From: Patescibacteria group bacterium | Lineage (GTDB): Bacteria; Patescibacteriota; Microgenomatia; Levybacterales; UBA12049 | Direction: 5' to 3' | Assembly: GCA_035510555.1 (NCBI GenBank) | Contig: DATKGX010000033.1 | Location: 1 to 63,003, forward strand | Length of the DNA: 63,003 nt | Shown here: piece by piece, positions 40,234-48,730 of the stretch | Layout: every line of letters begins with the position of its first letter | Numbering within the stretch: position 1 is the stretch's first letter | Translations under genes and position numbers: made by a program | Notes under the pieces: model-generated | What the model was told of the DNA's origin: nothing | What the model saw: the letters and a program-made list of their open reading frames with translations, nothing else | The model's database searches: none

Positions 40234-40479
40234 TTACAAACCTGCATGGTTTGACATGCTCGGTCGTTGGTGCTTGGCGGGCACGAGACGGAACTTCCGG
40301 CCTCCGATGGTTACGCGTGAACAAGTGTTCACTTTACTGCGCACCACGAAGGGGAATCCGCACCGACCGCAAAATGCGATTGGTTGCCCTCCACTGTCGT
40401 TAACCAATAGTGAGCCACCGCAGTGTGAACAGCCTTCCTGGCTGGCCTTACTGGCGGTGAGCAATGGGAGTGTTCCCAT
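40234..40479 (-). CDS. Small zinc-ribbon protein (81 aa), tentative
   Basis: ATG preceded by GAAGGA 8 nt upstream. C17-x2-C20-x16-C37-x2-C40 motif. Same strand and composition as its neighbours. The region is also highly self-complementary, so it could instead be a structured leader. Confidence 0.4.
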   Translation of the reverse strand: MGTLPLLTASKASQEGCSHCGGSLLVNDSGGQPIAFCGRCGFPFVVRSKVNTCSRVTIGGRKFRLVPAKHQRPSMSNHAGL

Positions 40480-40542
40480 CTACTGATTCCTTCACTTTTG
40501 ACGGAAGAACTCGCCGTTAAGGCAAGCTTGGGTGAGTGAACG

Positions 40543-40686
40543 TTACAGGCTCTTGCCGAGCGTGCTCAACACTGAAGTGATGGCATGACTCAGGAAGAGC
40601 AAAGCCAACACGGCCGCGATGGCGATGAGTGCAAGGATCATAGCGTATTCCGCGAGACCTTGTCCCCTCTGAAAGTAACGAGACAT
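40543..40686 (-). CDS. flp: Flp/Fap-family type IVb prepilin (47 aa), absent from the ORF track
   Basis: Hand translation: MSRYFQRGQGLAEYAMILALIAIAAVLALLFLSHAITSVLSTLGKSL. It matches the Flp motif G/XXXXEY (RG|QGLAEY) followed by a hydrophobic helix. AAGGAG SD 7 nt upstream; 144 nt in frame to TAA. Confidence 0.8.
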   Translation of the reverse strand: MSRYFQRGQGLAEYAMILALIAIAAVLALLFLSHAITSVLSTLGKSL

Positions 40687-40783
40687 CCTAATGCTCCTTC
40701 CTTGGAATTACTTCCAAGATTGGGTGGGACGCTAACCTAGCTACTGCTATTACCTACATACTTGCGCGAGGCAAGTTGTTGGC

Positions 40784-41338
40784 TTACGAGCAGGCAGCAG
40801 AGGCGGTAACACGCTCGACGTCTACACGATCGAGGATGGTGTTTTCCGCGTCTGTGTCTGCATCAACGACAGCTTGGCTTTTGTGATTGATGAAGTCGTT
40901 CATCAGCAGAATGTCCGCGTTGTACAGAAGCAGTAGGTCGGCGTGAAAGACAGAGTAGCAGGCCATCGGCGGATTGAGTCCAAGCCATTTGACGGCTGCT
41001 GCATCATCTGCTTTCGCTTTATCGACGGCGACTGTAAACGCTGCGTTGGTGGTCGCGGCATTGAAGGCATCTGTGTCTGCATTAAAAGTGCTCTGAGTTG
41101 CCATATCCCAGGCGCTAAACACCGAGAACGGCGTACCGGACTCTGTTGGAGACGCGGTTGGCGCCATGGTCGGAGCAGGTGTGACATGGATGGTCGGAGC
41201 AGGTGTGACGTAGATGGTCACCGGTGTCGGAACTGGAGCCATGGTCGGAGCTGGGGTAACGACTACCGTAGTACTCGTACAACCCGCCGCGGCAATGACC
41301 AGAACGACCAGACCAAGTAGGTATGCAAGTTTCTTCAA
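40784..41338 (-). CDS. Lipoprotein with Pro/Thr-rich repeats (184 aa)
   Basis: TTG start with GGAG 6 nt upstream. Signal peptide plus lipobox-like IAAAGC. (V/A)TPAPT(M/I) repeats, then an Ala/Asp-rich helical domain. Confidence 0.7.
   Translation of the reverse strand: MKKLAYLLGLVVLVIAAAGCTSTTVVVTPAPTMAPVPTPVTIYVTPAPTIHVTPAPTMAPTASPTESGTPFSVFSAWDMATQSTFNADTDAFNAATTNAAFTVAVDKAKADDAAAVKWLGLNPPMACYSVFHADLLLLYNADILLMNDFINHKSQAVVDADTDAENTILDRVDVERVTASAACS
41166..41260 (-). repeat. Imperfect 24-27-nt tandem repeat (about 4 units) inside the lipoprotein gene
   Basis: atggtcggagcaggtgtgac at 41166 and, identically, at 41190. Diverged units at 41214 and 41241. Encodes the TPAPT repeats. Confidence 0.8.
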
Positions 41339-41730
41339 CGGAATCTCCAGTTTATGGGTGGCCGAAAAAACAAGTTCTTACTTAAGCCCTATCGATGTTC
41401 ACCTCCATGATAACTCTCTCTTCTCTAACGATTGGATTACCGCGGATCAGAGCTTTATTGGCTCGAATCGCGATTTTGAAATGTCCTTCTCCCTTAACTA
41501 CTAAATACTAAAACTTCTACTCGTCGAGCACTAGACACTAACTAATTAATGCCCAAAGCTCGACGAATAAAAGAACATTTTTCGCAACTTGTCAAAGTGC
41601 AAATGAATACTAAGCGACCAAACAAAACTCCGGACAACAAATTAGTCCGGGCTTATTTAATCACTAAGTAGGGATACTATCAGAAAAATGTCTAAAAGTC
41701 AAACTATGGGTCGAGCTTAAGTGAGGTTTA

Positions 41731-41773
41731 ATTTTTTTGTCTTAAGAATGCGGGCTAAGCCACAGCGAAGTCC
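41731..41773 (+). repeat. 43-nt imperfect direct repeat, copy 1 (downstream of the NYN gene)
   Basis: atttttttgtcttaagaatgcgggctaagccacagcgaagtcc matches 42581-42623 at 33/43 positions without gaps, exactly 850 nt away. Confidence 0.7.
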
Positions 41774-41829
41774 TGAAAGCATTTGAAGAAAATACCTAAG
41801 ACATTCCTAGTTTTTAGTTTCTTTTCTTA

Positions 41830-42417
41830 CTAACTTTTTACTAATTGAGGACAGGCTCCAATTACCTCTGGGTTTCTAAGAAGAACTGTTCTGTCTGTTG
41901 TATATGCTAGTCCTTTATTAGGATTATTCTCAAAACCCAAATATATAACTTCAACTCCTCTTTGTTTAAGCTCTCTAACCGCTGGTTGTAAGTCAGAATC
42001 AGAACTACAAAGAATGGCTGTCTTAAGTTCACCATCACAAGCTAAAGAAACTAAATCTACAGCAATTCTTACATCAACTCCCTTTTCTCTAAAAACAAGT
42101 TTCTCTCCGACCTTTTGAGCTCTTACATTCCCAGCAATTATAAATTCATAACCATGTTTTATAAGATTATTTCTTAGTTTTCTCTGAAAGCTGATTAACT
42201 CCTCCGATTTCTTTCTTGTTTCAGGATGAGAATGTAATTTTGCAGCGTAAAATATTTTTCTGGAGATATTAAAACCCTTAAGCGCTTCTCTTAATAATTT
42301 ACTGACATCTATTGAGGCCAAGTCTATTTTACTTTTATCAATTCCTTCATTTTTTAAAACTTCTTCAACTTTATTAATAAAGTTTTCGCCATCAATAAAA
42401 AGAATAATTTTAGACAT
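41830..42417 (-). CDS. NYN-domain (LabA/DUF88-like) putative RNase
   Basis: ILFIDGENF at the N-terminus and LCSSDSDLQPAV, characteristic of NYN/LabA PIN-like nucleases. Confidence 0.75.
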   Translation of the reverse strand: MSKIILFIDGENFINKVEEVLKNEGIDKSKIDLASIDVSKLLREALKGFNISRKIFYAAKLHSHPETRKKSEELISFQRKLRNNLIKHGYEFIIAGNVRAQKVGEKLVFREKGVDVRIAVDLVSLACDGELKTAILCSSDSDLQPAVRELKQRGVEVIYLGFENNPNKGLAYTTDRTVLLRNPEVIGACPQLVKS

Positions 42418-42425
42418 ATGGAAAT

Positions 42426-42454
42426 ATTATCTACCTAAAATTAAAGAAAGTAAA
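42426..42454 (-). promoter_or_regulatory. Candidate promoter for the NYN gene (near-leaderless)
   Basis: Minus strand: TTTACT (42454-42449), 17-nt spacer, GATAAT (42431-42426), then 8 nt to the ATG at 42417. Confidence 0.3.
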
Positions 42455-42458
42455 CATT

Positions 42459-42494
42459 AAAAAACCTCAGCGGACCTTGCGGTACTGGCTGAGG
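42459..42494 (-). terminator. Rho-independent terminator after ftsZ
   Basis: Minus strand: the 7-bp stem cctcagc/gctgagg (42494-42488 / 42471-42465) with a 16-nt loop, followed by TTTTTT (42464-42459). Confidence 0.6.
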
Positions 42495-42580
42495 CGTTAA
42501 TATACATATATTACACTAATATGGTGTATATGTCAAGACAGAATTTCTTAGAATTTAGCTTGTTAAATCAATCTAAATTA

Positions 42581-42623
42581 GTTTTTCTGCCTCAAAAATG
42601 CGGGTTAAGCTGCAGAGAAATCC
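42581..42623 (+). repeat. 43-nt imperfect direct repeat, copy 2 (just downstream of the ftsZ stop)
   Basis: gtttttctgcctcaaaaatgcgggttaagctgcagagaaatcc; see copy 1. Confidence 0.7.
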
Positions 42624-42637
42624 CGCGGTCCGAAGGA

Positions 42638-43759
42638 CTAATTCTTCTGACGCAAAAACGCGGGAATGTCCCAGGTGTCGTCTTCCTCTTCGATCGGCGG
42701 CTCCATCGGAACAGGCGGCTCGACATTATTTATCGGAGTTGATTGTTGGGACTGTTCCATCACCCGATTGATAGTTGGCGTCATAAATTCTTTCAGCGTT
42801 TGCCGGGTTGAATCAAAACCGGTCGCAATCACCGTAATCTTAAGTTGGTCGTGCATGGTTTCATCAATGGTGGCACCAAAAATAATGTTGGCGTCCGGAT
42901 CCGCTTCTGACGCGATAATTTTTGCCGCTTCATCAACTTCGTTCATCGTTAAATCGGGGCCACCGATGATATTAAAAAGCACTCCTCTGGCTCCACTCAT
43001 GGAAATTTCCAAAAGCGGAGACGCAACTGCGGCTCTGGCGGCAGCTTGGGCTCGGTTTTCTCCAACTCCCGTGCCAATTCCCATCAAAGCCGAACCGGCA
43101 TTGGACATGATTGTTTTAACATCGGCAAAATCAACATTTATTAAGCCCGGCAGTGTGATTAAATCCGAAATGCCCTGCACGCCTTGGGTTAAAACCGAAT
43201 CGGCCACTTTAAAAGCTTCCAAAAGTGACAATTTTTTATCCACCACATCTAAAATTCTTTGGTTCGGAATTACAATTAAAGTATCAACTTTATCTTTAAG
43301 TTCTTCAATTCCGTCTTCGGCAGTTACCATTCTTCTCGTCCCCTCAAAGGCAAACGGTTTGGTAACCACCGCCACCGTTAAAGCGCCTACTTCTTTGGCC
43401 GCTTTAGCAATAATCGGAGTCGCGCCTGTCCCGGTTCCTCCGCCCATTCCAGCGGTTAAGAAAAGCATGTCGGTTCCATCTAGCAGTTCTTTAATTTTTT
43501 CGTAGGATTCTTCTGCCGCTTGCTTTCCAACTTCCGGATTTCCACCCGAACCCAAACCTTTAGTTAAGTCTTCTCCGATTTGCATTTTAGTGGCGGCTTG
43601 GTTTAAAAGTAGAGATTGCGCGTCCGTATTCACCGCGATAAAATCAACTCCTTGAATGGTGCTTTGGGAAATCATGGAATTGAGGGCGTTAGTTCCACCG
43701 CCACCAACTCCCATTACTCTTATCTTGGCAAAGTTGGTTGTTTGCGGTTTAATTAACAT
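42638..43759 (-). CDS. ftsZ: Cell division GTPase FtsZ
   Basis: GVGGGGTNA, the tubulin signature GGGTGTGA, and a C-terminal DIPAFLRQ peptide. Confidence 0.97.
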   Translation of the reverse strand: MLIKPQTTNFAKIRVMGVGGGGTNALNSMISQSTIQGVDFIAVNTDAQSLLLNQAATKMQIGEDLTKGLGSGGNPEVGKQAAEESYEKIKELLDGTDMLFLTAGMGGGTGTGATPIIAKAAKEVGALTVAVVTKPFAFEGTRRMVTAEDGIEELKDKVDTLIVIPNQRILDVVDKKLSLLEAFKVADSVLTQGVQGISDLITLPGLINVDFADVKTIMSNAGSALMGIGTGVGENRAQAAARAAVASPLLEISMSGARGVLFNIIGGPDLTMNEVDEAAKIIASEADPDANIIFGATIDETMHDQLKITVIATGFDSTRQTLKEFMTPTINRVMEQSQQSTPINNVEPPVPMEPPIEEEDDTWDIPAFLRQKN

Positions 43760-43812
43760 AGTAATTTATATGGGCATACTAACAAATCGGAAATGATTTT
43801 GCAAGCCCACAT

Positions 43813-45111
43813 TTAGGGCAGGAAGGATTTAAAAAACGCTATGGCTTTTGTAAAAAGTTTACTGTTGAATTTAAAGGGAATGTTAGGCATTGCAAAACCA
43901 AATGGCAAAGAAGAAGCAATTTCAATTGTTCCGCCGTACGTCACTAAACCAATGACTGTCGCAAATGACGGCTCGCCAATTTCATCGATTATTCCTTTAA
44001 CGTTGGTGGGAATGGCCACCCTTACCGGCATCGCCAATGTACGTTTCGCGGCATCAGTTATTCCAACCGTCTTGGCTCCACCCCCCGTAATTACAACTCC
44101 CGACGGTATTTGACCGCCAAAGCCGCTCTTTTTTATCTCGATACCAATCATCGTAAACAATTCGTTTAATCTTGGCCGAATAATTCCATCAATTAAAGTT
44201 TTTTTGGAAACTTTTCTTAGTTCCTCCGCTAATGCCAGCGAACTTAAGTCTACTTCATCGCTTGAGAGTTTTTCCTGCTTTTCTTCCGCCTCTTCTTCTT
44301 CAAGTTTGAATTGTTTTTTAGTGGGACTCGACAAGAAAAGTTTTATTTTTTCCGCTGATTCCAGGGAAATTCTTAGCCCAATTGCCAAATCGTTAGTAAT
44401 ATGTCTGGCGCCGATTGGAATTACTGAAGAATAGGCAACGGATCCGTCGATATAGATAGACAAGTCGGTGGTTCCAGCTCCGATGTCAACCAGCACAACT
44501 CCTAATTCTTTTTCCGTCTCCGACAATACGGCCAAAGAACTGGCGTAACCTGAAAAAACTACTGCGTCTAAATCAACGCCGACTTCAGAGAAGGCTTTTT
44601 CCATATTCCTGATGGAGGTGCTGTTAGCGGAAATAATGTGTGTATCAACTTCCAGTCTTACTCCGGTCATACCGACCGGATCTTTAATTCCTTCTTGTCC
44701 ATCAACGATATAACTCCGCGGTAGTACATGGATTATTTCGCGGCTGGAAGGAAGAGAAACTGCCCTAGCGGCATCAATTACCCTGCTTAAATCATTAGGG
44801 GTTATTTCTCCTTCCGGATGTGCCACCGCCACTACGCCCCGGGAATTTTGCGACTCGATATGACTACCGCCAATCGAAGCGACGATGTGTGAAGCGGAAT
44901 ACCCTGCCATTCTTTCTGCGGCCTCCAAAGAATTATTAATCGAAAGAACTGCTTCGTCAATATCAACTATTTGTCCTTTTCTTACCCCGTTTGCCGGAGA
45001 TTCCGAAACTCCCAAAACATTAACTTCTTCATCAACTTTTGCAATCAGAGTAACAATTTTTGAAGTTCCAATATCTATGCCAACAACTATTTTTCCTTCA
45101 CTCATACGCAT
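43813..45111 (-). CDS. ftsA: Cell division protein FtsA
   Basis: Actin-fold motifs VVGIDIGTSKI and LVDIGAGTTD...ITGGGA. Lies immediately upstream of ftsZ. Confidence 0.9.
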   Translation of the reverse strand: MRMSEGKIVVGIDIGTSKIVTLIAKVDEEVNVLGVSESPANGVRKGQIVDIDEAVLSINNSLEAAERMAGYSASHIVASIGGSHIESQNSRGVVAVAHPEGEITPNDLSRVIDAARAVSLPSSREIIHVLPRSYIVDGQEGIKDPVGMTGVRLEVDTHIISANSTSIRNMEKAFSEVGVDLDAVVFSGYASSLAVLSETEKELGVVLVDIGAGTTDLSIYIDGSVAYSSVIPIGARHITNDLAIGLRISLESAEKIKLFLSSPTKKQFKLEEEEAEEKQEKLSSDEVDLSSLALAEELRKVSKKTLIDGIIRPRLNELFTMIGIEIKKSGFGGQIPSGVVITGGGAKTVGITDAAKRTLAMPVRVAIPTNVKGIIDEIGEPSFATVIGLVTYGGTIEIASSLPFGFAMPNIPFKFNSKLFTKAIAFFKSFLP

Positions 45112-45527
45112 TAAAACGAAACCACAGGATTGTCAAACCTAAAATCTAAAACTTTCAGCTTCTTTCCTTCTATTGTAAGCCTAGCAAGCATAAGTTGTAA
45201 AGAGGACAATTGGCTCCCAATATCTTTTTTTGAGGATAAAATCACCTCTCCATTATCAATCAAATTAACTACGTATGAGTCGTCCGAATTTACGACGACG
45301 CTTGAAAAGGAAATGTGTTTATTAGCTAACTCATCCTCAAGACTAATTAACTTAGATAATTTTGTTTTCGCCAAAGGACTAATGATGGTACCCTGGACAA
45401 AATTAAAATAGAGGTATTCAAGTCCAATTGACACAATCAATAAAATAACGAGAATAACCAGTACTATTTTTAGCCTATCTTTAAATTTGTCTTTCTTAAG
45501 CAGTCTTCTTTGTCGTAACATCATCAA
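45111..45527 (-). CDS. ftsQ: Short FtsQ/DivIB-like protein
   Basis: A basic N-terminus, a single TM helix and a ~90-aa beta-rich domain. Sits between murG and ftsA. At 138 aa it is much shorter than canonical FtsQ. Confidence 0.5.
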   Translation of the reverse strand: MMMLRQRRLLKKDKFKDRLKIVLVILVILLIVSIGLEYLYFNFVQGTIISPLAKTKLSKLISLEDELANKHISFSSVVVNSDDSYVVNLIDNGEVILSSKKDIGSQLSSLQLMLARLTIEGKKLKVLDFRFDNPVVSF

Positions 45528-46590
45528 GAACCCTCACTATATTTTCTGCGGCGTTGGGGATTAAAACATTTTGTTCTAAGCGATATTTTTCTAATTTTTT
45601 TAGCATAGCTAATACCTTTTGCGTAAAAATTTCCGGAGTTAACTCGTTTTGCAAACCAATTTCCGCTAGTCCCAATCCTTTTAGAAACAGAGCATTTTTT
45701 AATTGCTCCTTTCTCTGGGAAAAAGGTAACGGAATCAGAAAAGCCGGAGTTTTAAAATAAATTAATTCTGTCACTGTATTTATTCCTGCTCTGCCAATTA
45801 CTAGATTAGCTCTACTTAAATTATTCGCTACTTCTTCTGGCGAAAAGAATTTCTGCGGATGGTAATTTTTACTAAGTTGCGAATTAAGTTTACTTGCCGC
45901 CGCTTGCAACTTATCAAAATCGGCATATTTCTTCGCATCTCCGGTTTGATGAACAACCGTAAAATTTTTTAAAAGTCCGCTTAAAGATTTCTCGACTAAA
46001 AGATTTATGGCGTGCGATCCACTACTACCGCCGGTGATATAAATTTTTGGCAGTCCCGTTTCCTCCTTAAAAGGTTTTGCATTTAAAACTACGCCTCTCA
46101 ACGGATTTCCGGTTAAAACTGTTTTATGTCTGGGAAAATATTGTTCCGATGACTGCCATGAAATACAAATTTTTTGAGCAAATTTAGCTTCTATCCTGTT
46201 GGCAAATCCGGCTTCCAAAGTTTGTTCATGAATAACAATCGGAATTTTTAAGAAAAATGCGGCTAAAACTACCGGTAAAGACACATATCCGCCAAACCCC
46301 AATACCACCTCCGGCTTAATTTCCCTAAGAATTTTTAGAGACTGGGTAAACCCTAATGGAAATTTTGCCAACGATGGAAAAGTATGTCTAGTAAAGCTTC
46401 TTTGTAATCTAGCCGTATTGATCGCATAAAAAGGAATTCCTAATTTCGCAATCTCTTCATATTCTAGAGAAATTGCCTTATCGCCTTCAAAGGTATGTTT
46501 TCGGCCAAAATAATAAACTTCTTCGTTTTTAAGCTGCTCTATAACCGCCAAAGCCGGCGACAAATGCCCGCCAATAATGACCACTTTCAT
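45496..46590 (-). CDS. murG: UDP-GlcNAc:lipid I GlcNAc transferase MurG
   Basis: MKVVIIGGHLSPALAV..., ITGGSSGSHAIN, and GT28 architecture within the dcw context. Confidence 0.9.
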   Translation of the reverse strand: MKVVIIGGHLSPALAVIEQLKNEEVYYFGRKHTFEGDKAISLEYEEIAKLGIPFYAINTARLQRSFTRHTFPSLAKFPLGFTQSLKILREIKPEVVLGFGGYVSLPVVLAAFFLKIPIVIHEQTLEAGFANRIEAKFAQKICISWQSSEQYFPRHKTVLTGNPLRGVVLNAKPFKEETGLPKIYITGGSSGSHAINLLVEKSLSGLLKNFTVVHQTGDAKKYADFDKLQAAASKLNSQLSKNYHPQKFFSPEEVANNLSRANLVIGRAGINTVTELIYFKTPAFLIPLPFSQRKEQLKNALFLKGLGLAEIGLQNELTPEIFTQKVLAMLKKLEKYRLEQNVLIPNAAENIVRVLDDVTTKKTA

Positions 46591-47660
46591 GTTTTTTCTC
46601 CTTGTCTGGCAATATTTAAAAGTATACCAATCGCCGTAAGATTAATTATTAAAGCCGAGCCCCCGTAGGAAATAAAAGGCAGCGGGATGCCGGTTAAGGG
46701 CAAAAGCGCTGTCTGGGCAGACAGATTGATAATGATTTGCATTGCTAAAAAAGTTATAATTCCTCCTGCTAATAGCTTACCAAATTGATCCCTTGCGTTG
46801 ATAGCAATATAGAAACCACGCCAAACAATAATCACAAATACCGCAATAATTAAAAATGCTCCTAAGAAACCCAATTCTTCGGCAATAATCGCGAATATCG
46901 AGTCGGTCGCATTTTCCGGAAGATAAGCGTATTTTTGCAAAGAGTTACCCAAGCCCACCCCGGTTAATCCGCCGGAGCCTAATGCAATTAAAATTTGCCT
47001 TATGTGGTATGACGAACTACTAATACCTTGATTGAAATTTAGATAGGAGGTAATTCTTGCCGCCCGATAGGGCTCAAGCTTTGCAAACAAGAAACCTAAA
47101 ACCGCGATTACCGGAGTAAGAATAAAAAAATAGAGCGTCCGGGCACCCGATAAAAAATATAAGATGATGCCTTCCGCCAAAATAATTACCGCCGTACCCA
47201 TATCCGGCTCTAAGATAACTAAAACAATAATCATTGATAGGAGTAATAGAAAGGACCAAATCCGGCCTTTTTCTTTTTTTGAAAACCAGGCCGCTAGATA
47301 AATAGCTAGAGCTATTTTCACAAACTCTGAGGGCTGCAGAACAGTAAATCTTAAGTTAATCCAGCGGCTAGCCCCCAAAACTTTAACGCCAACACCCGGA
47401 ATAAAAACGGCGAGCAGTAACCCGATTGCCACCAAAAGTATTGGAATAGCCAAATTGTAAAGCCGGCGGTAATCAAAACGGGAAAAGAAAAATAACGCTA
47501 TTACTCCTAAGATAATCCAGAAAATCTGGTCTTTCACGTAATGATATTTATCGGCGAAATCCCGAAAAGCCACAAAAGAGGACGCATCGTAGATCATAAA
47601 CAGGCCAAAAAACGTCAGCAGTAAAACGGAGACAAGTAGAATCAGATCAATTTTCTTCAT
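46587..47660 (-). CDS. ftsW: SEDS-family protein FtsW
   Basis: 10-TM protein with LPENATDSIFA and PLPFISYGGSA motifs. Sits between mraY and murG. Confidence 0.85.
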   Translation of the reverse strand: MKKIDLILLVSVLLLTFFGLFMIYDASSFVAFRDFADKYHYVKDQIFWIILGVIALFFFSRFDYRRLYNLAIPILLVAIGLLLAVFIPGVGVKVLGASRWINLRFTVLQPSEFVKIALAIYLAAWFSKKEKGRIWSFLLLLSMIIVLVILEPDMGTAVIILAEGIILYFLSGARTLYFFILTPVIAVLGFLFAKLEPYRAARITSYLNFNQGISSSSYHIRQILIALGSGGLTGVGLGNSLQKYAYLPENATDSIFAIIAEELGFLGAFLIIAVFVIIVWRGFYIAINARDQFGKLLAGGIITFLAMQIIINLSAQTALLPLTGIPLPFISYGGSALIINLTAIGILLNIARQGEKT

Positions 47661-48670
47661 TACTTAATGAAAGCGAGGTAAAGCCCTAAAATTGCAAAGA
47701 AAGCACCCAATAGCCAGGCTCTCATGACAATTTTTGGTTCGTCCCAACCTCTTTTGAGAAAATACAAATGCAGTGGCGCTGCCGGTAAAATTTTTCTTTT
47801 CAAAAATTTTTTACTCGCTAATTGCAACAGAGATGAACCTACTTCCAAAACAAAAACTCCGCCAATAACAACAATCGCCAAAGTTTTCCCTGTCAAAAGA
47901 CCAATAATCGCCAATGAAGCGCCTAGCGACATTGAACCCACATCGCCAAGCCAAATTCTGGCCTTATAGATATTGAAATAAAGAAATGCGGCAATGCTTC
48001 CCATTAAAACTGCCACAAAAATTCCTAATGATTGATCCACGTTGGTGTAGGAAATTGCTAAAAATGAGACCAAAGCGATAAGCATTAATCCCGGAGCCAA
48101 TCCATCCAACCCATCAGTTATATTGAAAGCATTTACAAAGGCAACGATTACAAACGCGGCAAAAGGAATATATAAAAATCCTATATCGGTAAGGCCGATT
48201 CCTCTAATAAAAACGAAACTGTAACCTAATTTCGTATAAAGAATGGTTGCCGGAACAAAAGCAAGAGCTAATTGCAGTAAAAACTTGTATCTTAGTCTTA
48301 AGCCAAAAAATGGAACTTTTGCTCCATTAGCTAATTTTTTACCGTCATCGTACAAACCCAATAATCCAAAACTAATAAAAGTGAATAGAATAACAAATAT
48401 TTCCAAAGGGTTTATCTTGACATTTAACATTCCGAAAGACCACAAAAATATAACAGTCGAAACACAAATAATTAAGAGTCCTCCGCCAAAAGGAGTTCCC
48501 ACTTTCCATTTATTGAATTTGTCAAAAAGCGGCGTAGGTTTATTAAAAGGATCTACGGTTGCCTGATCCTGCCTTCTGAGTTTTATTTTATAGAGGAAAT
48601 CTATAAAAGGGATAATTAAAATCGCTGTGATGACTAAAGTAAGCAGCGTTAATCCCAAAAGTTGTGTCAT
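47660..48670 (-). CDS. mraY: Phospho-N-acetylmuramoyl-pentapeptide transferase
   Basis: NAFNITDGLDGLA and the FLYFNIYKARIWLGDVGS motifs of MraY. Confidence 0.93.
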   Translation of the reverse strand: MTQLLGLTLLTLVITAILIIPFIDFLYKIKLRRQDQATVDPFNKPTPLFDKFNKWKVGTPFGGGLLIICVSTVIFLWSFGMLNVKINPLEIFVILFTFISFGLLGLYDDGKKLANGAKVPFFGLRLRYKFLLQLALAFVPATILYTKLGYSFVFIRGIGLTDIGFLYIPFAAFVIVAFVNAFNITDGLDGLAPGLMLIALVSFLAISYTNVDQSLGIFVAVLMGSIAAFLYFNIYKARIWLGDVGSMSLGASLAIIGLLTGKTLAIVVIGGVFVLEVGSSLLQLASKKFLKRKILPAAPLHLYFLKRGWDEPKIVMRAWLLGAFFAILGLYLAFIK

Positions 48671-48730
48671 ATATTGATATTATAGTCTCTAGTTGGTATA
48701 CATTCAAATTGAACTAGCCTAGATTCGCCT

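Larger units (their letters stand above)
38900..41480 (-). other. Compositionally foreign high-GC island (approximate borders), four co-oriented genes
   Basis: Hand counts give 39/60 G+C at 39061-39120, against 18/60 at 38041-38100 and 18/60 at 42241-42300. GC-rich third codon positions. All four ORFs have GGAG/GAGG-type SD sites. Confidence 0.75.

Noticed and set aside
40157-40542. A c-di-GMP or other riboswitch upstream of the adhesin-like gene.
   Set aside because: I could not align the region to the GEMM-I/II, cobalamin or SRP-like consensus elements I know. Only generic GC-rich stems are visible. It is kept only as an unspecified structured-leader possibility in the findings.
41166-41260. 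The tandem repeats at 41166-41260 and 58553-58587, considered as possible CRISPR or array-like structures.
   Set aside because: The units are contiguous with no spacers, short (24 and 7 nt) and lie in frame inside coding sequences. No cas genes are present.
38810-41520. Integrase, transposase or terminal inverted repeats that would define the high-GC island as a classical mobile element.
   Set aside because: No such ORF appears in any frame of the island or its flanks. I found no matching direct or inverted repeats at the two borders by eye, so it is described only as a compositional island.
42666-43505. A 279-aa ORF antisense to ftsZ, and many similar shadow ORFs (for example 999-1397, 4527-5030, 3641-3934, 43841-44113, 56930-57283 and 57966-58319).
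   Set aside because: Each lies entirely within a strongly supported conserved gene on the other strand and has a low-complexity, Ser/Leu/Pro-rich translation with no motifs.
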